Assembly (NCBI GenBank): GCA_052390235.1
Contig: JBQTHB010000005.1
Span: 96,001-160,000, forward strand
DNA length: 64,000 bases
From: Deltaproteobacteria bacterium
GTDB taxonomy: Bacteria > Desulfobacterota_D > UBA1144 > Nemesobacterales > CSP1-2
Reading direction: 5' to 3'
The translations under genes and the position numbers were made by a program. The notes under the pieces were generated by a model. The model was not told where the DNA came from and did no database searches. It saw nothing but the letters and a program-made list of their open reading frames with translations. This document shows positions 17,967-28,417 of the stretch, one piece after another; position 1 is the first letter of the stretch, and each line of letters opens with the position of its first letter.

Positions 17967-19523
17967 ATGAAACTCGCCACGCGTAACATCGTAAAGGAAA
18001 TTGAAAGGCGCGCAATTGAAGAGTGCAAAATTTCGGGGCTTATCCTGATGGAAAACGCAGGGCGAGCCGCCGCAAGTGCGCTACTCACTGAATTCCCCGC
18101 CGCAGGGCGCGTTGCCGTATTTGCGGGAGCGGGCAACAACGGAGGGGACGGCTTCGTCATAGCGCGCCATCTCATCAGCCGGGGACTCCACGTAACGACC
18201 TATCTCATCGGGGACGCCCATAAGTACAGCGGCGACGCCCTTTTGAATCTCGCCTCGCTTCGGAAAATTGGGGGCAGAGTGGTGGAACTTCACGGAGGGT
18301 TTGCCGCCTATACGGAAGCCGACGTAGCCGTTGACGCGCTCTTTGGAACGGGTCTGAGTAGAAACGCCGCAGGATTCGAGCGGGCAGTTATAGAATTTAT
18401 AAACTCTCTTGCGTGTCCCAAAATCGCGGTTGACCTCCCCTCGGGGCTTGATGCGGACACAGGGCATCCGCTTGGAGCGGCGGTAAAGGCTGACATCACG
18501 GTAACGTTTATCCTCCCGAAATTGGGGCTTTCTATCTATCCGGGGACGGAGTACGCCGGAAGGGTCTATCTCGCCCATCTCACCACTCCCGAATTCCTCG
18601 AAGAGGGCATCCCCTACGAGTTGATTGATAGCCAGAAGGTCGGCGGGATTTTAAAACCGAGGCGGGCGGATACGCACAAAGGCGCTTACGGACACCTGTT
18701 CGTCATTGCAGGCTCAAGCGGCAAAACCGGAGCGGCGGCGCTGACGGCTACGGGCGCAATGCGAAGCGGAGCGGGACTCGTAACCCTCGGCGCTCCCGTC
18801 GGCATTCATCCGGTAATGGAGGCAAAGCTCACCGAGGCTATGACCGAGCCTCTGCCCGAAACCGCAGGCGGCGTGCTGGGAGGGATTTCTGTTGACTACG
18901 CCCTTGGGATACTCTCATCGAGAAAAACCGCCCTGGCGATTGGCCCGGGTATATCCACAACCCCAGACACGCGCGAATTCGTCTATGAAATTATACGAAA
19001 GTGCCCCGTGCCAATGGTCATTGACGCCGACGCCATCACTCTCATAGCCGAGAGCCCAGAAATCCTCAGAGAGGCAAAGGCCCCGGTAGCTCTGACCCCC
19101 CATCCGGGGGAGATGTCGCGGCTCACGGGCAGAAGCGCCGATGAGGTGCAGAGAGACCGCATCGGCGTTGCTAGGGATTTCTCGGCGATGTATAATGCTC
19201 ACCTCGTTTTAAAGGGCGCAAGGACTATAGTTGCAACCCCGCAGGGAGAGATTTTCATCAACCCTACGGGGAATCCCGCTATGGCTTCCGGTGGAATGGG
19301 AGACGTGCTTGCGGGGGTTATTGGCGGGTTTTTGGCTCAGGGCTATAGCCCGAAGGACGCGTGCGTTGCCGGAGTTTTTATACACGGCTCGGCAGGGGAC
19401 ATGGCGGCGGACAGTATCGGGCGGGTCGGTATTACGGCGGGCGACGTCGCCTCGGCGATTCCCGCGGCAATGGGCGAGATTCTAGCGGGCGGGCGGCGCG
19501 TTTTCATCCGTGAAATTTACTAA
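17967..19523 (+). CDS. nnr: Bifunctional NAD(P)H-hydrate epimerase/dehydratase
   Basis: LMENAG, GNNGGDG, HKGAYG, IDADA, LTPHPGEM, GGMGDVLAG. Confidence 0.93.
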   Translation: MKLATRNIVKEIERRAIEECKISGLILMENAGRAAASALLTEFPAAGRVAVFAGAGNNGGDGFVIARHLISRGLHVTTYLIGDAHKYSGDALLNLASLRKIGGRVVELHGGFAAYTEADVAVDALFGTGLSRNAAGFERAVIEFINSLACPKIAVDLPSGLDADTGHPLGAAVKADITVTFILPKLGLSIYPGTEYAGRVYLAHLTTPEFLEEGIPYELIDSQKVGGILKPRRADTHKGAYGHLFVIAGSSGKTGAAALTATGAMRSGAGLVTLGAPVGIHPVMEAKLTEAMTEPLPETAGGVLGGISVDYALGILSSRKTALAIGPGISTTPDTREFVYEIIRKCPVPMVIDADAITLIAESPEILREAKAPVALTPHPGEMSRLTGRSADEVQRDRIGVARDFSAMYNAHLVLKGARTIVATPQGEIFINPTGNPAMASGGMGDVLAGVIGGFLAQGYSPKDACVAGVFIHGSAGDMAADSIGRVGITAGDVASAIPAAMGEILAGGRRVFIREIY

Positions 19524-19542
19524 GCGCGGGCATAAATTAAAT

Positions 19543-20091
19543 ATGGGGATTTCAAATTCGAGGGCTGAGGCTAGGGGAATCGGCGGCGGCGGGCAGAGGG
19601 CCGTCTGCGCGCTCCAAACCCGGACGGCTGAACAGAGCGCCCTAGTTGGCGAAATCATAGGGGCGTTGCTCAATGCCGGAGACGTTATCGCCCTGAGCGG
19701 GGGGCTCGGCGCGGGTAAAACCGTGATAGTCAAGGGAATTGCGCGCGGTCTGGGAATCGAGGACGAACCCAATAGCCCGACTTTCGTCATCATGAGCGGC
19801 TACGATGGGGGGAGGCTCCCTCTATACCATTTCGACTTGTACAGGCTCGCAGGGGTCGAGGAAATGGATGCCATCGGGTATGAGGATTTTTTCTACGGCG
19901 AAGGGGTCGCGGCAGTGGAATGGGCTGAGCGGGCAGTGGAGGCATTCCCGCCCCATACAATTGCAATAAGCGTCGAAATTCCTGAAGACGGGGCGGCGGA
20001 TTTGCGCGAGATTAAAATCGAAGGAGATAGGAATTGGGTCTCATTGTTCAGAAATACGGCGGAACAAGCGTTGCCAACGTTGATAAGATAA
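19543..20091 (+). CDS. tsaE: tRNA t6A biosynthesis ATPase
   Basis: GGLGAGKT, SPTF, HFDLYRL, VEWAE; start uncertain. Confidence 0.92.
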   Translation: MGISNSRAEARGIGGGGQRAVCALQTRTAEQSALVGEIIGALLNAGDVIALSGGLGAGKTVIVKGIARGLGIEDEPNSPTFVIMSGYDGGRLPLYHFDLYRLAGVEEMDAIGYEDFFYGEGVAAVEWAERAVEAFPPHTIAISVEIPEDGAADLREIKIEGDRNWVSLFRNTAEQALPTLIR

Positions 20092-21263
20092 GAGCCGTAG
20101 CCAATATTGTCATCAAAACTAAAGAGCGGGGAAACGGCGTAATAGCCGTCGTCTCGGCGATGGCAGGGGAAACCGACAAGCTCATCACACTCTCGCGCTC
20201 AATAATGGACCCGCCGGACGAGAGGGAGTTAGATGTTATCGCGTCAAGCGGCGAGCAGGTCTCATCGGGACTCCTTGCCATGACGCTCAAATCCCTCGGA
20301 CACGACGCCATTTCGTTCCAAGGGCATCAGGTGCGCATCATGACCGACAACGCCTACTCAAAGGCGAGAATCCTCAAAATTGACGCCGAGAATATAATTA
20401 AAGCCATCGGCGCGGGGAAAATTGCCGTTATAGCCGGCTTCCAAGGGGTTGACGACGAGGGGAGCGTTACGACCCTTGGGCGAGGAGGCTCAGACCTCAC
20501 GGCCGTAGCCCTTGCGGCAGTGCTTCGCGCCGACGCCTGCGAGCTTTATAAAGACGACGTTGACGGCATCTATACCACTGACCCAGGAATCTGTAGAAAC
20601 GCTAAGAAAATAAAGAAAATTTCCTATGACGAGATGCTAGAGATGTCGAGCCTCGGCTCAAAGGTGCTTCAGGCTAGAGCAGTGGAGTTCGCAAAGAAAT
20701 TTAACGTTCCCATACACGTGCGCCCTACGGGAAAACCGGACGCCGAAGGCACTTGGGTGGTTGAGGAGGAGCAGGCGATGAGAGAAATGGAAGAGGTTTT
20801 AATATCGGGCGTGAGCTACGATAAAAATCAGGCAAAAATTACGATAATGCAAGTCCCCGACCGCCCCGGAATTGCGGCGAATCTGTTCGCCCCTATAGGA
20901 GACGAGGGCATCGTGGTTGACATGATAGTGCAGAACGTGAGCGCCGAGGGTTTCACGGATATGACATTCACCGTGCCGAGGGCGGATTTCAAGAAGGCGT
21001 CCCGAATCACGGAGCAGTTGGCAAAGGAAATGGGGGCGAAGGGAGTCTCAACCAACGATAGAATTGCGATGGTCTCGCTCATCGGCGTGGGGATGAAAAC
21101 GCATTCGGGGATAGCGTCTCGGATGTTCTCGGCTCTTGCAAGAGAGGGAATAAATATTATCATGATTAGCACGTCGGAGATAAAAGTGTCTTGCGTGATA
21201 GACGATAAATACGCGGAGCTTGCCGTGCGCACGCTTCACGACGCATTCGACTTGGGCAGGTGA
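20034..21263 (+). CDS. lysC: Aspartate kinase
   Basis: QKYGGTSV, TLGRGGSD, two ACT domains; TTG start with GGAG RBS. Confidence 0.95.
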   Translation: MGLIVQKYGGTSVANVDKIRAVANIVIKTKERGNGVIAVVSAMAGETDKLITLSRSIMDPPDERELDVIASSGEQVSSGLLAMTLKSLGHDAISFQGHQVRIMTDNAYSKARILKIDAENIIKAIGAGKIAVIAGFQGVDDEGSVTTLGRGGSDLTAVALAAVLRADACELYKDDVDGIYTTDPGICRNAKKIKKISYDEMLEMSSLGSKVLQARAVEFAKKFNVPIHVRPTGKPDAEGTWVVEEEQAMREMEEVLISGVSYDKNQAKITIMQVPDRPGIAANLFAPIGDEGIVVDMIVQNVSAEGFTDMTFTVPRADFKKASRITEQLAKEMGAKGVSTNDRIAMVSLIGVGMKTHSGIASRMFSALAREGINIIMISTSEIKVSCVIDDKYAELAVRTLHDAFDLGR

Positions 21264-21314
21264 GGGGATAATTTATCCTCAGCGTAGTGTTACCGAGGTT
21301 CGGAGAGAGAGACA

Positions 21315-22916
21315 ATGAAAGCAAGAGAGGTCAAAATTTACGATGTAACCCTAAGGGACGGCACTCAGGGCGAGAATATATCGTTTTCAATTGCCGATAA
21401 ACTGCGCATTGCCCATAAATTGGACGAGCTTGGCGTGCATTACATCGAGGGCGGATGGCCCGGCTCGAACGAGAGGGATGAGGGATTTTTCAAAGGGGCG
21501 AAGAAGTTGAAACTCGGCAGGGCGAGAATCTCCGCGTTTGGAAGCACTAGGCGCGCTGATAAAAATTGCAACGAGGACGGCAACATTCAAGCCCTTCTCG
21601 AGTCCGAAGCCCCGGTGGTTACTATCGTCGGCAAAAGCTGGGATTTTCATGTCAAAGAGGCGCTCAAAATTTCCTACGAGGAGAACCTTGAGCTTATTGG
21701 AGACTCCGTTTCATACCTCAAAGAGAGGGTTGACGAGGTCTTTTTTGACGCCGAGCATTTCTTCGACGGCTATAAGAAAAACCCCGGCTACGCGGTGTCC
21801 GCCATTAAAGCCGCTCTCGAAGGCGGGGCTGACGCCTTAGTGCTTTGCGACACCAACGGCGGCGCTCTCCCTTGGGAAATTGAAGAAATCATAAATGACG
21901 TAAATCTGAAGCTCGGCAATCCCCCGCTCGGCATCCACACCCATAACGACGGAGAGCTTGGGGTCGCTAACACGCTCTACGCCGTAAGATGCGGCGTGAA
22001 TCAGGTGCAGGGGACGATAAACGGCTACGGCGAGCGATGCGGAAACGCCAATTTATGCTCCATAATTCCGAACCTCAAGCTCAAGCTGGGAATAAACTGT
22101 CTTGCCGACGACGAGCTTAAGAAATTATATGACGTATCCCACTTCATCCACGAGCTTACGAATCTGCCTCCGATAAAAAAATCGCCCTTCGTAGGCGAGA
22201 GCGCGTTCGCGCACAAAGGCGGGCTTCACGTGAGCGCGGTGATGAGAAAAGCCGAGACCTACGAACACATAAACCCCGAAATTTTGGGCAGCAAGAGGCG
22301 AATTCTCATCTCAGACCTCTCGGGCAGAAGCAACATCCTATACAAAGCCAAAGAGCTTGGAATTGAGCTTGAGCCTAACGACAAGAGGGTGCAAAAAATA
22401 CTCGCCGAGCTTAAGAAACTGGAGAACGAGGGCTACGAATTTGAGGGTGCGGACGCGTCCTTCGAGCTTCTCATAAGAAAGACCCTAGGGCAGTACAAGC
22501 GACACTTTGAACTCAAAGGGGCGAGGATTATAGTCGAGAAGCACAGAGACGACGAAGAGCCGCTCTCAGAGGCGACGGTCATCGTGCAGGTTGACGGAGT
22601 GGTCGAGCATACGGCGGCTATAGGCAATGGGCCCGTCAACGCCCTCGATAACGCCCTGAGGAAGGCGCTTGAGAAATTCTACCCGGCTCTGAGGGAGATA
22701 AAGCTCAAGGACTACAGAGTCAGGGTCGTCTCCACAGGGAATGGGACGGATGCCGTCGTGAGGGTGTTGATTGAATCCGGCGACGGAGACAGCAATTGGA
22801 GCACCGTCGGGGTGTCGGAGAACATTGTCGAGGCGAGTTGGAAAGCGCTCGTCGATGGGATTGACTATAAACTGCTCAAGGACGAGGCGAGGCGCGCGGC
22901 TAAGGCGGATGGCTGA
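21315..22916 (+). CDS. cimA: Citramalate synthase
   Basis: [38 protein letters not shown]. Confidence 0.9.
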   Translation: MKAREVKIYDVTLRDGTQGENISFSIADKLRIAHKLDELGVHYIEGGWPGSNERDEGFFKGAKKLKLGRARISAFGSTRRADKNCNEDGNIQALLESEAPVVTIVGKSWDFHVKEALKISYEENLELIGDSVSYLKERVDEVFFDAEHFFDGYKKNPGYAVSAIKAALEGGADALVLCDTNGGALPWEIEEIINDVNLKLGNPPLGIHTHNDGELGVANTLYAVRCGVNQVQGTINGYGERCGNANLCSIIPNLKLKLGINCLADDELKKLYDVSHFIHELTNLPPIKKSPFVGESAFAHKGGLHVSAVMRKAETYEHINPEILGSKRRILISDLSGRSNILYKAKELGIELEPNDKRVQKILAELKKLENEGYEFEGADASFELLIRKTLGQYKRHFELKGARIIVEKHRDDEEPLSEATVIVQVDGVVEHTAAIGNGPVNALDNALRKALEKFYPALREIKLKDYRVRVVSTGNGTDAVVRVLIESGDGDSNWSTVGVSENIVEASWKALVDGIDYKLLKDEARRAAKADG

Positions 22917-23099
22917 TATTTACGCCAGAAATTTGTGCAATTCGGGGCGCTTGCCGCATATATTGACATAGGGGCGGGAGCCGCAAATGCCATCTCCGCC
23001 GTCAGAGCGGTAAATTGGCCGCCCCGCCAATAAATGTAATCAGCGCGGGAAGTTATAGAACTATCACTCTGTGCGCCGTCCTGGCATCACTAATTAATA

Positions 23100-23120
23100 A
23101 GAAATCTCGCCCTTATATCC
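23100..23120 (+). repeat. 21-bp direct repeat, left copy
   Basis: AGAAATCTCGCCCTTATATCC vs AGAAATCTCGCCTTTATATCC at 23591-23611 (20/21 identical). Confidence 0.7.
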
Positions 23121-23160
23121 AAGTTTGCCGCCCGTTTACCGGAATGTTACACTGGGGCTT

Positions 23161-23466
23161 ATGGAAACCATGAGTCAGATAAAATCCAAGATTGCGCCTA
23201 TGAGAGATGGGCTAAACAAGAAATATCATGTCAAGAGCATTGCCATTTTCGGCTCATTTGCCAGGAATGAGCAGAATGAAAATAGCGATGTTGATATATT
23301 GGTGGAATTCTCGCAATCCTTAGGCGTTGAGTTTATAGACCTAGCGGACGAGCTAGAGAAGGTGTTAAACCGCAAAGTGGATTTGGTTTCAAAAAAGGGT
23401 ATCAAGGAAAAATATCTAAAGCTCATTGAGCCGGAGCTTAGCTATGTCTGGGCGAATTGTGCATGA
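23161..23466 (+). CDS. Minimal nucleotidyltransferase (MNT) antitoxin
   Basis: IFGSFARNEQNENSDVDILVEF, RKVDLV. Confidence 0.88.
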   Translation: METMSQIKSKIAPMRDGLNKKYHVKSIAIFGSFARNEQNENSDVDILVEFSQSLGVEFIDLADELEKVLNRKVDLVSKKGIKEKYLKLIEPELSYVWANCA

Positions 23467-23563
23467 TTATTTCGGGATTGATTACGAAATTGTCTGGAAT
23501 ATTATTGAGCAAACCCTGCCTATATTTGAGCGGCAAATTCGCAGTATCATAAACGAGACATAA
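23444..23563 (+). pseudogene. Internally deleted HEPN (DUF86/HepT) toxin
   Basis: MSG-RIVHDYFGIDYEIVWNII...*: only 39 aa; the start is joined to the C-terminal part of the RxxxxH motif region. Confidence 0.8.
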
Positions 23564-23583
23564 GTAATAAATCAGCCCACAGC

Positions 23584-23994
23584 TCAGTCGAGAAATCTCG
23601 CCTTTATATCCGCCCCCGGCATCAGGCACGCCTCAGCCCTTCCAAACCACTTGTATCTCCTGCGCGCAATGAAGCTGTAAATTGCATCCCGCCCCGGCTT
23701 CGGCAGCGCAAGAGAAGCCCCCGACAGCCTCCAAAAACCGCCGAGCCTCCTCGCCACTCTAATCGCGGCGTCCGATTTTGAATAATAATTATCTCCCTCG
23801 ACGAGAATAAACGACGATAAATCATCCACGGGGAGATTAAAGCGGGCCAGAATCCTCTGCCCAGCCTCTGACTGAAGCGAGGCGAACTTAAACGCCCCGG
23901 CTCTGTCCCTCTTTATGATGAACTGCACGGAAGCGGCGCAGAGGTTGCACACGCCGTCAAATAGTATTATCGGATGGCTCGCTCCATCTGTCAT
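23584..23994 (-). CDS. DCC1-family thiol-disulfide oxidoreductase
   Basis: FDGVCNLC, FASLQS, RYKWFG..EAC. Confidence 0.9.
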   Translation of the reverse strand: MTDGASHPIILFDGVCNLCAASVQFIIKRDRAGAFKFASLQSEAGQRILARFNLPVDDLSSFILVEGDNYYSKSDAAIRVARRLGGFWRLSGASLALPKPGRDAIYSFIARRRYKWFGRAEACLMPGADIKARFLD

Positions 23995-25474
23995 AGGTTT
24001 CGACAAGCTCCCTCAGCCTCTCAGTAATCGAGCGGGTTATTTGATGCGGCAGAAATCTCCACTCCCAATTGCCCCTAACCGTCGCCGGAAGGTTCATCCT
24101 CGACGAGCCTCCGAGTCCAAGAATGTCCTGCATCGGAACTATCGCGTAATCGGCTACGGAAGCCATAGCGAGCCGGATAAACTCCCAATGCGCGCTCTCC
24201 GCCGCCGCCCGGCTTCGGGAGTATATACAAAACCGCCCCCTCTCTTCAGGGGTTGATTCGGACTCCCACCAGCCTCGCACGGTGTTGTTATCATGAGTGC
24301 CGGTATAGACGGCGCAGTTCTTAGAGTAGTGGTGTGGGAGATAGGGGCTTCGCGGGAAATCCCCTCCGAAGCCGAATATGAGGAGCTTCATCGTCGGAAA
24401 GCGAAATTCCTCTATGATCTCGACGACGTCGGGCGTGATGACTCCGAGGTCTTCGGCAATTATGGCAGGCGACCCGAAACGCGCCGCAAGAGCGTCGAAG
24501 AAATCCCGCGCCGGGGCTTCCCGCCATCTGCCGGCAATGGCGGTCTCCTCCTCAGCCGGAATCTCCCAATAGCCGACAAACCCTCTGAAATGGTCGAGGC
24601 GCACAATGTCAAACAGCCCAAAATTATGCCCCATCCGCCTCATCCACCACTCGTATCCGCCCCCGCGGAGCGCGTCCCAACGATATACCGGATTGCCCCA
24701 CCTTTGGCCCGTTTTACTGAAGTAATCAGGAGGCACTCCGGCAACGGTTACGGGACGGCCCGCCTCGTCGAGGTTAAAGATGCCGGGACTCGCCCAAACA
24801 TCCGCGCTGTCCCCTCCGACGTATATCGGCACATCGCCCACGATTTTGACTCCGCGATTATTACAATAGCTCCTGAGCGCACCCCACTGGCTAAAAAAAA
24901 GGTACTGGAGGAATTTCTCCATCCGAATCTCGGCGCGGTATCTGCCCGACAGTTCTCGGATGGTGTCCGGCGCTCTATCTCGAATATCTGCGTCCCACTC
25001 GCTCCAGGCGGTCTGAAATCGCCGCTTTAGAACGGCAAACAGGGCGTAGTCATCAAGCCAAAAGGAATTCTCAAGGCAGAATTGCTCGAAGTCGGGGGGT
25101 GCGGCGGTCGCCTCAAAATTTTCGTAAGCCCTCTGAAAAAGCCGGAGCTTATATCGCGCCGCCCCCTCGTAATCCGCTCTATCCGAGGGAAAGCCGGGAA
25201 TCGGGTGAATGTCAGCCTTGCTCAGAAATCCTGCCTCGATGAGCAAATCCGGGCTGATGAGAAGCGGGTTTCCGGCGAAAGCCGAGGGACTGCTGTAGGG
25301 GGAGTTGCCAAACACGGGCGATGTTACGTTGAGCGGGAGAATCTGCCAGAGGGTCTGCTTCGATTCGGCAAGGAAATCCACGAACCGGCGCGCTCCCATG
25401 CCGAAATCTCCGACGCCGTAGGGAGAAGGCACAGAGGTTATGTGAAGCAGTATTCCGCTTGCTCGTTTGCTCAT
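23957..25474 (-). CDS. malQ: 4-alpha-glucanotransferase (GH77)
   Basis: GILLHITS, GVPPDYFS, RLDHFRGF, AEDLG, YTGTHDN. Confidence 0.95.
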   Translation of the reverse strand: MSKRASGILLHITSVPSPYGVGDFGMGARRFVDFLAESKQTLWQILPLNVTSPVFGNSPYSSPSAFAGNPLLISPDLLIEAGFLSKADIHPIPGFPSDRADYEGAARYKLRLFQRAYENFEATAAPPDFEQFCLENSFWLDDYALFAVLKRRFQTAWSEWDADIRDRAPDTIRELSGRYRAEIRMEKFLQYLFFSQWGALRSYCNNRGVKIVGDVPIYVGGDSADVWASPGIFNLDEAGRPVTVAGVPPDYFSKTGQRWGNPVYRWDALRGGGYEWWMRRMGHNFGLFDIVRLDHFRGFVGYWEIPAEEETAIAGRWREAPARDFFDALAARFGSPAIIAEDLGVITPDVVEIIEEFRFPTMKLLIFGFGGDFPRSPYLPHHYSKNCAVYTGTHDNNTVRGWWESESTPEERGRFCIYSRSRAAAESAHWEFIRLAMASVADYAIVPMQDILGLGGSSRMNLPATVRGNWEWRFLPHQITRSITERLRELVETYDRWSEPSDNTI

Positions 25475-25536
25475 GGTTTTTGCCTCTTTGAACTTGGCAT
25501 AGCTTAATCGAAACCGCCCGAATTACGCGCCGCCCC

Positions 25537-27954
25537 CTAGCCTTCAGTGCGAATGTTGAGCCTGCGCCCGATGGAAGCAAAGCGCTTGACCCACGCCGCC
25601 GCGCCCCTGTCTCCCCACTCGGCTCGGCTCTTTATATCGAAATACCTGCCGCGCATAATATCATAATACGCGTTCTGGGATTTCCAAAGGCGGATTTGAA
25701 TCGGCAGGGAGGCGACGGCTTCGAGGAGAGAGTCCGCCCCCTCAAGCGCCCGCAAATCAGAGGGCTTCTTTGCAATTTCATCGAATATTGCCTCTAGCTT
25801 CTGCTCGATTGCGGCGTTAAGCGGGGGGTATTCGAGAGCTACCCCCTCGGATTTAGCCTCGCCGGCAAGGGATTTTATTAGCTCGACACCCGCCGACTCA
25901 ATGACAGGGGCAGAGAAAACTCGCAGAAGGTCGCGGCTTATCACAAACTCTGCCGCCGCGCGCAGTTCCGGCGGCGCAGAGCGTCCAAGCCCCGCGAGAG
26001 TGCGCATAAAAGAGCCAAAGCGCGAGTGAATCTGCCGAAACACAGGCTCGGATTCGGACTCTGCGGCTTCCATAAGGGAACTCAGCGCCGCCCTTTGGTC
26101 GTCCATGAGGAGCGAGTCGAGAGTAAACCCCGAGCCGCCAAAAATAACGCCGAAAAGCCCAAGGACGCCCGCAAAATCCCCGCTCTCGAAAGCCTCGATG
26201 ATGTTCCCCTCCGCTTCCGGCGCGCTGGCGCGGCAGGCCCCGGCGCTTATGGAATTTCCCCGAATCGCCGCCGCATAGAAAAGCGCATCTGATTCGCGGG
26301 TGATTTCCGATGCCACCCTCGCCCGCCCAAGGACTAGCCTCGCCCCGCCCTGCCCAAACGTATTTTCATACTCCCGCTCTATCTCATGGGAATAAACTCT
26401 CGCCGTTGCCGATTCAAACAGCCGCCGCGCGGCGAAGTGGGCGGCGATTTTCTCGCGGCTGACTGCGGCTGGTTTTACGAATTTTTGGTATATTTCCCTG
26501 CCGTCGCGGTGTTCGGGGATGTTGCTCTTTGCCTCCCCCAGAAGCCCGATAAAACGCTCCTCGATTGGGACGGCGAATAGGTCTTCGGCAAGCTCGACGG
26601 CTCTTGCGGCGTATTGAATTATCTGCGCCGTCTCGATGCCCGAGAGTTCATCGAAGAACCAGCCGCAGCTCGTAAACATGAGCATCGCATGCCGCTGAAG
26701 CTCAAGGAGTTTGAGTGCGCGGATTTTCTCCTCAGCGCCGAGCTCGCGGCAGGCATGGCGACTCAGGAATCGCTCGACGTTCTCATGAGCGCGGTTTCCC
26801 ACAACAGAAATATAGTCGTTTCTTGCCGCCCACGAGTCTCTCAGCAACTCCCCCGCGCCCTCCTCGTAAAGCGCGCAGATTTCGTCCCTTAGCCAGTCGA
26901 GAGCCTCTCTCAGCGGCGTCCTCCAGAGCTGATTCCAAAGGGGTCTTCCGCCGGAGTTACAGCCGCAGTCCGCCCTCCAGCGTTCAATCCCGTGATGGCA
27001 ACTCCACGAACTGCCGTCAAATATTCGGGCTTCGTGGGCTGGGGGGTTCATCTCCAAAAACTCGCCGTAATTCGTAATGCGCGCAAGCCCCTTGGATTCG
27101 ATGTGCCGCGCGGCGTAGGCAAGTCCCATATCGCCCCGCCTGTGGTGATGCCCGTAGCTCTCCCCGTCGGTCGCAATGTGGACAAGCTCAGGGGATTTCC
27201 CGTCCTCTGAAAACCCTCCGGCGAGACGCTCCGCAAACCGCTCGCCGCTCGAAAGCGCGCCCTCGAAGGCGACTGCGCGGGAGAGCGCTCCGTCGTAGAA
27301 AAACACGGCTATACTCCTTCCCGAAGGGAGCGAGACCCTATAGGGAACCCTGGTATTCACCCTGCCCCCGCTGGCATCCCTCCAAATTGCCCCTCCCGCC
27401 TCCCTTGAGCGCGCCGCCTGATACGGCGACAGAATGGTAAAACGGATTCCAAGCTCGGCTAGGACTTCAAGGGTTTCTAAATCCACAGCGCACTCAGGTA
27501 GCCACATCCCTTCGGGCTTCCTCTGGAAATGACGCTCGAAATTCCTCACTCCCCAGAGGGTTTGGGTGAATTTATCGCGCCGGTTTGCGAGGGGCATAAT
27601 GACGTGATTGTAAGCCTGCGCCAGAGCCGAGCCGTGTCCGCGGAAGTTTTTTCGGCTCTCGCGGTCGGCGTCGAGGATTGCGCGGTAGGCGTCGGGGGAT
27701 TTTCTCTCAAGCCAGTCGAGGAGAGTGGGGCCAAAATTGAAGCTGATTTTCGAGTAATTGTTTACTATCTCAACGATACTTCCATCGTCCCCCAGAATAC
27801 GGGAGGAGGCGTTCTGTGCGTAGCATTCGGAGGTTATGCGCTCGTTCCAGTCGTGAAATGGATGGGCGGAGTCCTGCCGCTCGATTTCCTCAAGCCACGG
27901 ATTTTCCCGCGGCGGCTGATAAAAATGCCCGTGAATGCAGATAAATCTGCTCAT
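25537..27954 (-). CDS. GH57 glycoside hydrolase with DUF3536
   Basis: HGHFYQPPRENPW, GMWLPE, ATDGESYGHH, FTSCGWFF. Confidence 0.9.
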   Translation of the reverse strand: MSRFICIHGHFYQPPRENPWLEEIERQDSAHPFHDWNERITSECYAQNASSRILGDDGSIVEIVNNYSKISFNFGPTLLDWLERKSPDAYRAILDADRESRKNFRGHGSALAQAYNHVIMPLANRRDKFTQTLWGVRNFERHFQRKPEGMWLPECAVDLETLEVLAELGIRFTILSPYQAARSREAGGAIWRDASGGRVNTRVPYRVSLPSGRSIAVFFYDGALSRAVAFEGALSSGERFAERLAGGFSEDGKSPELVHIATDGESYGHHHRRGDMGLAYAARHIESKGLARITNYGEFLEMNPPAHEARIFDGSSWSCHHGIERWRADCGCNSGGRPLWNQLWRTPLREALDWLRDEICALYEEGAGELLRDSWAARNDYISVVGNRAHENVERFLSRHACRELGAEEKIRALKLLELQRHAMLMFTSCGWFFDELSGIETAQIIQYAARAVELAEDLFAVPIEERFIGLLGEAKSNIPEHRDGREIYQKFVKPAAVSREKIAAHFAARRLFESATARVYSHEIEREYENTFGQGGARLVLGRARVASEITRESDALFYAAAIRGNSISAGACRASAPEAEGNIIEAFESGDFAGVLGLFGVIFGGSGFTLDSLLMDDQRAALSSLMEAAESESEPVFRQIHSRFGSFMRTLAGLGRSAPPELRAAAEFVISRDLLRVFSAPVIESAGVELIKSLAGEAKSEGVALEYPPLNAAIEQKLEAIFDEIAKKPSDLRALEGADSLLEAVASLPIQIRLWKSQNAYYDIMRGRYFDIKSRAEWGDRGAAAWVKRFASIGRRLNIRTEG

Positions 27955-27996
27955 GCGAGTTTGCCAGCCAGCGGGGCGCAGGATTGAATCATCGCG

Positions 27997-28362
27997 CTAC
28001 CTCCCCCTCAAATATTCGTCCAGTAGAGCGACATTGCGCGTGTTCGCCTTCCACGCCGCATCGAATAAATCCCCCGCTACAGGCACGGCCCCGATAATCA
28101 CCTCGATGGCGATATTCAGGAGCATCCTCGCGAGAACTCCCCTGGGCGCTCCCATCCGATATGCCTCGGCAACTATAACCCCCGAAAGTATCCCTCCGGC
28201 TATGTCTCCAACTCCGGGGATGAGACCGATAATTGCATCAAGCCCGATTCGGTATCCGAGAGCCGGGATTTCAATAGAGTTATCCAGCAGATAGGCAAAC
28301 CTGCGAATCCACCTAAGGCGAGCGCCCTCGCCGCCGTAGAAATTTTCATAGCCCACAGACAT
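27997..28362 (-). CDS. DUF4112 family membrane protein
   Basis: LLDN...RIGLDAIIGLIPGVGD, GDLFDAAWKANTRN. Confidence 0.88.
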   Translation of the reverse strand: MSVGYENFYGGEGARLRWIRRFAYLLDNSIEIPALGYRIGLDAIIGLIPGVGDIAGGILSGVIVAEAYRMGAPRGVLARMLLNIAIEVIIGAVPVAGDLFDAAWKANTRNVALLDEYLRGR

Positions 28363-28417
28363 TTACGCGCCTCCTGCTCAGCAATATGAAAAATTGACCG
28401 AGATTAAATCCCAAATT

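Noticed and set aside
22917..23099. Possible ncRNA or tRNA after cimA
   Set aside because: GC-rich stems are possible, but no tRNA arms or recognisable riboswitch core.
24293..25030. 245-aa plus-strand ORF and similar long antisense ORFs across the window
   Set aside because: Shadows of well-supported genes (here malQ) in GC-rich DNA.
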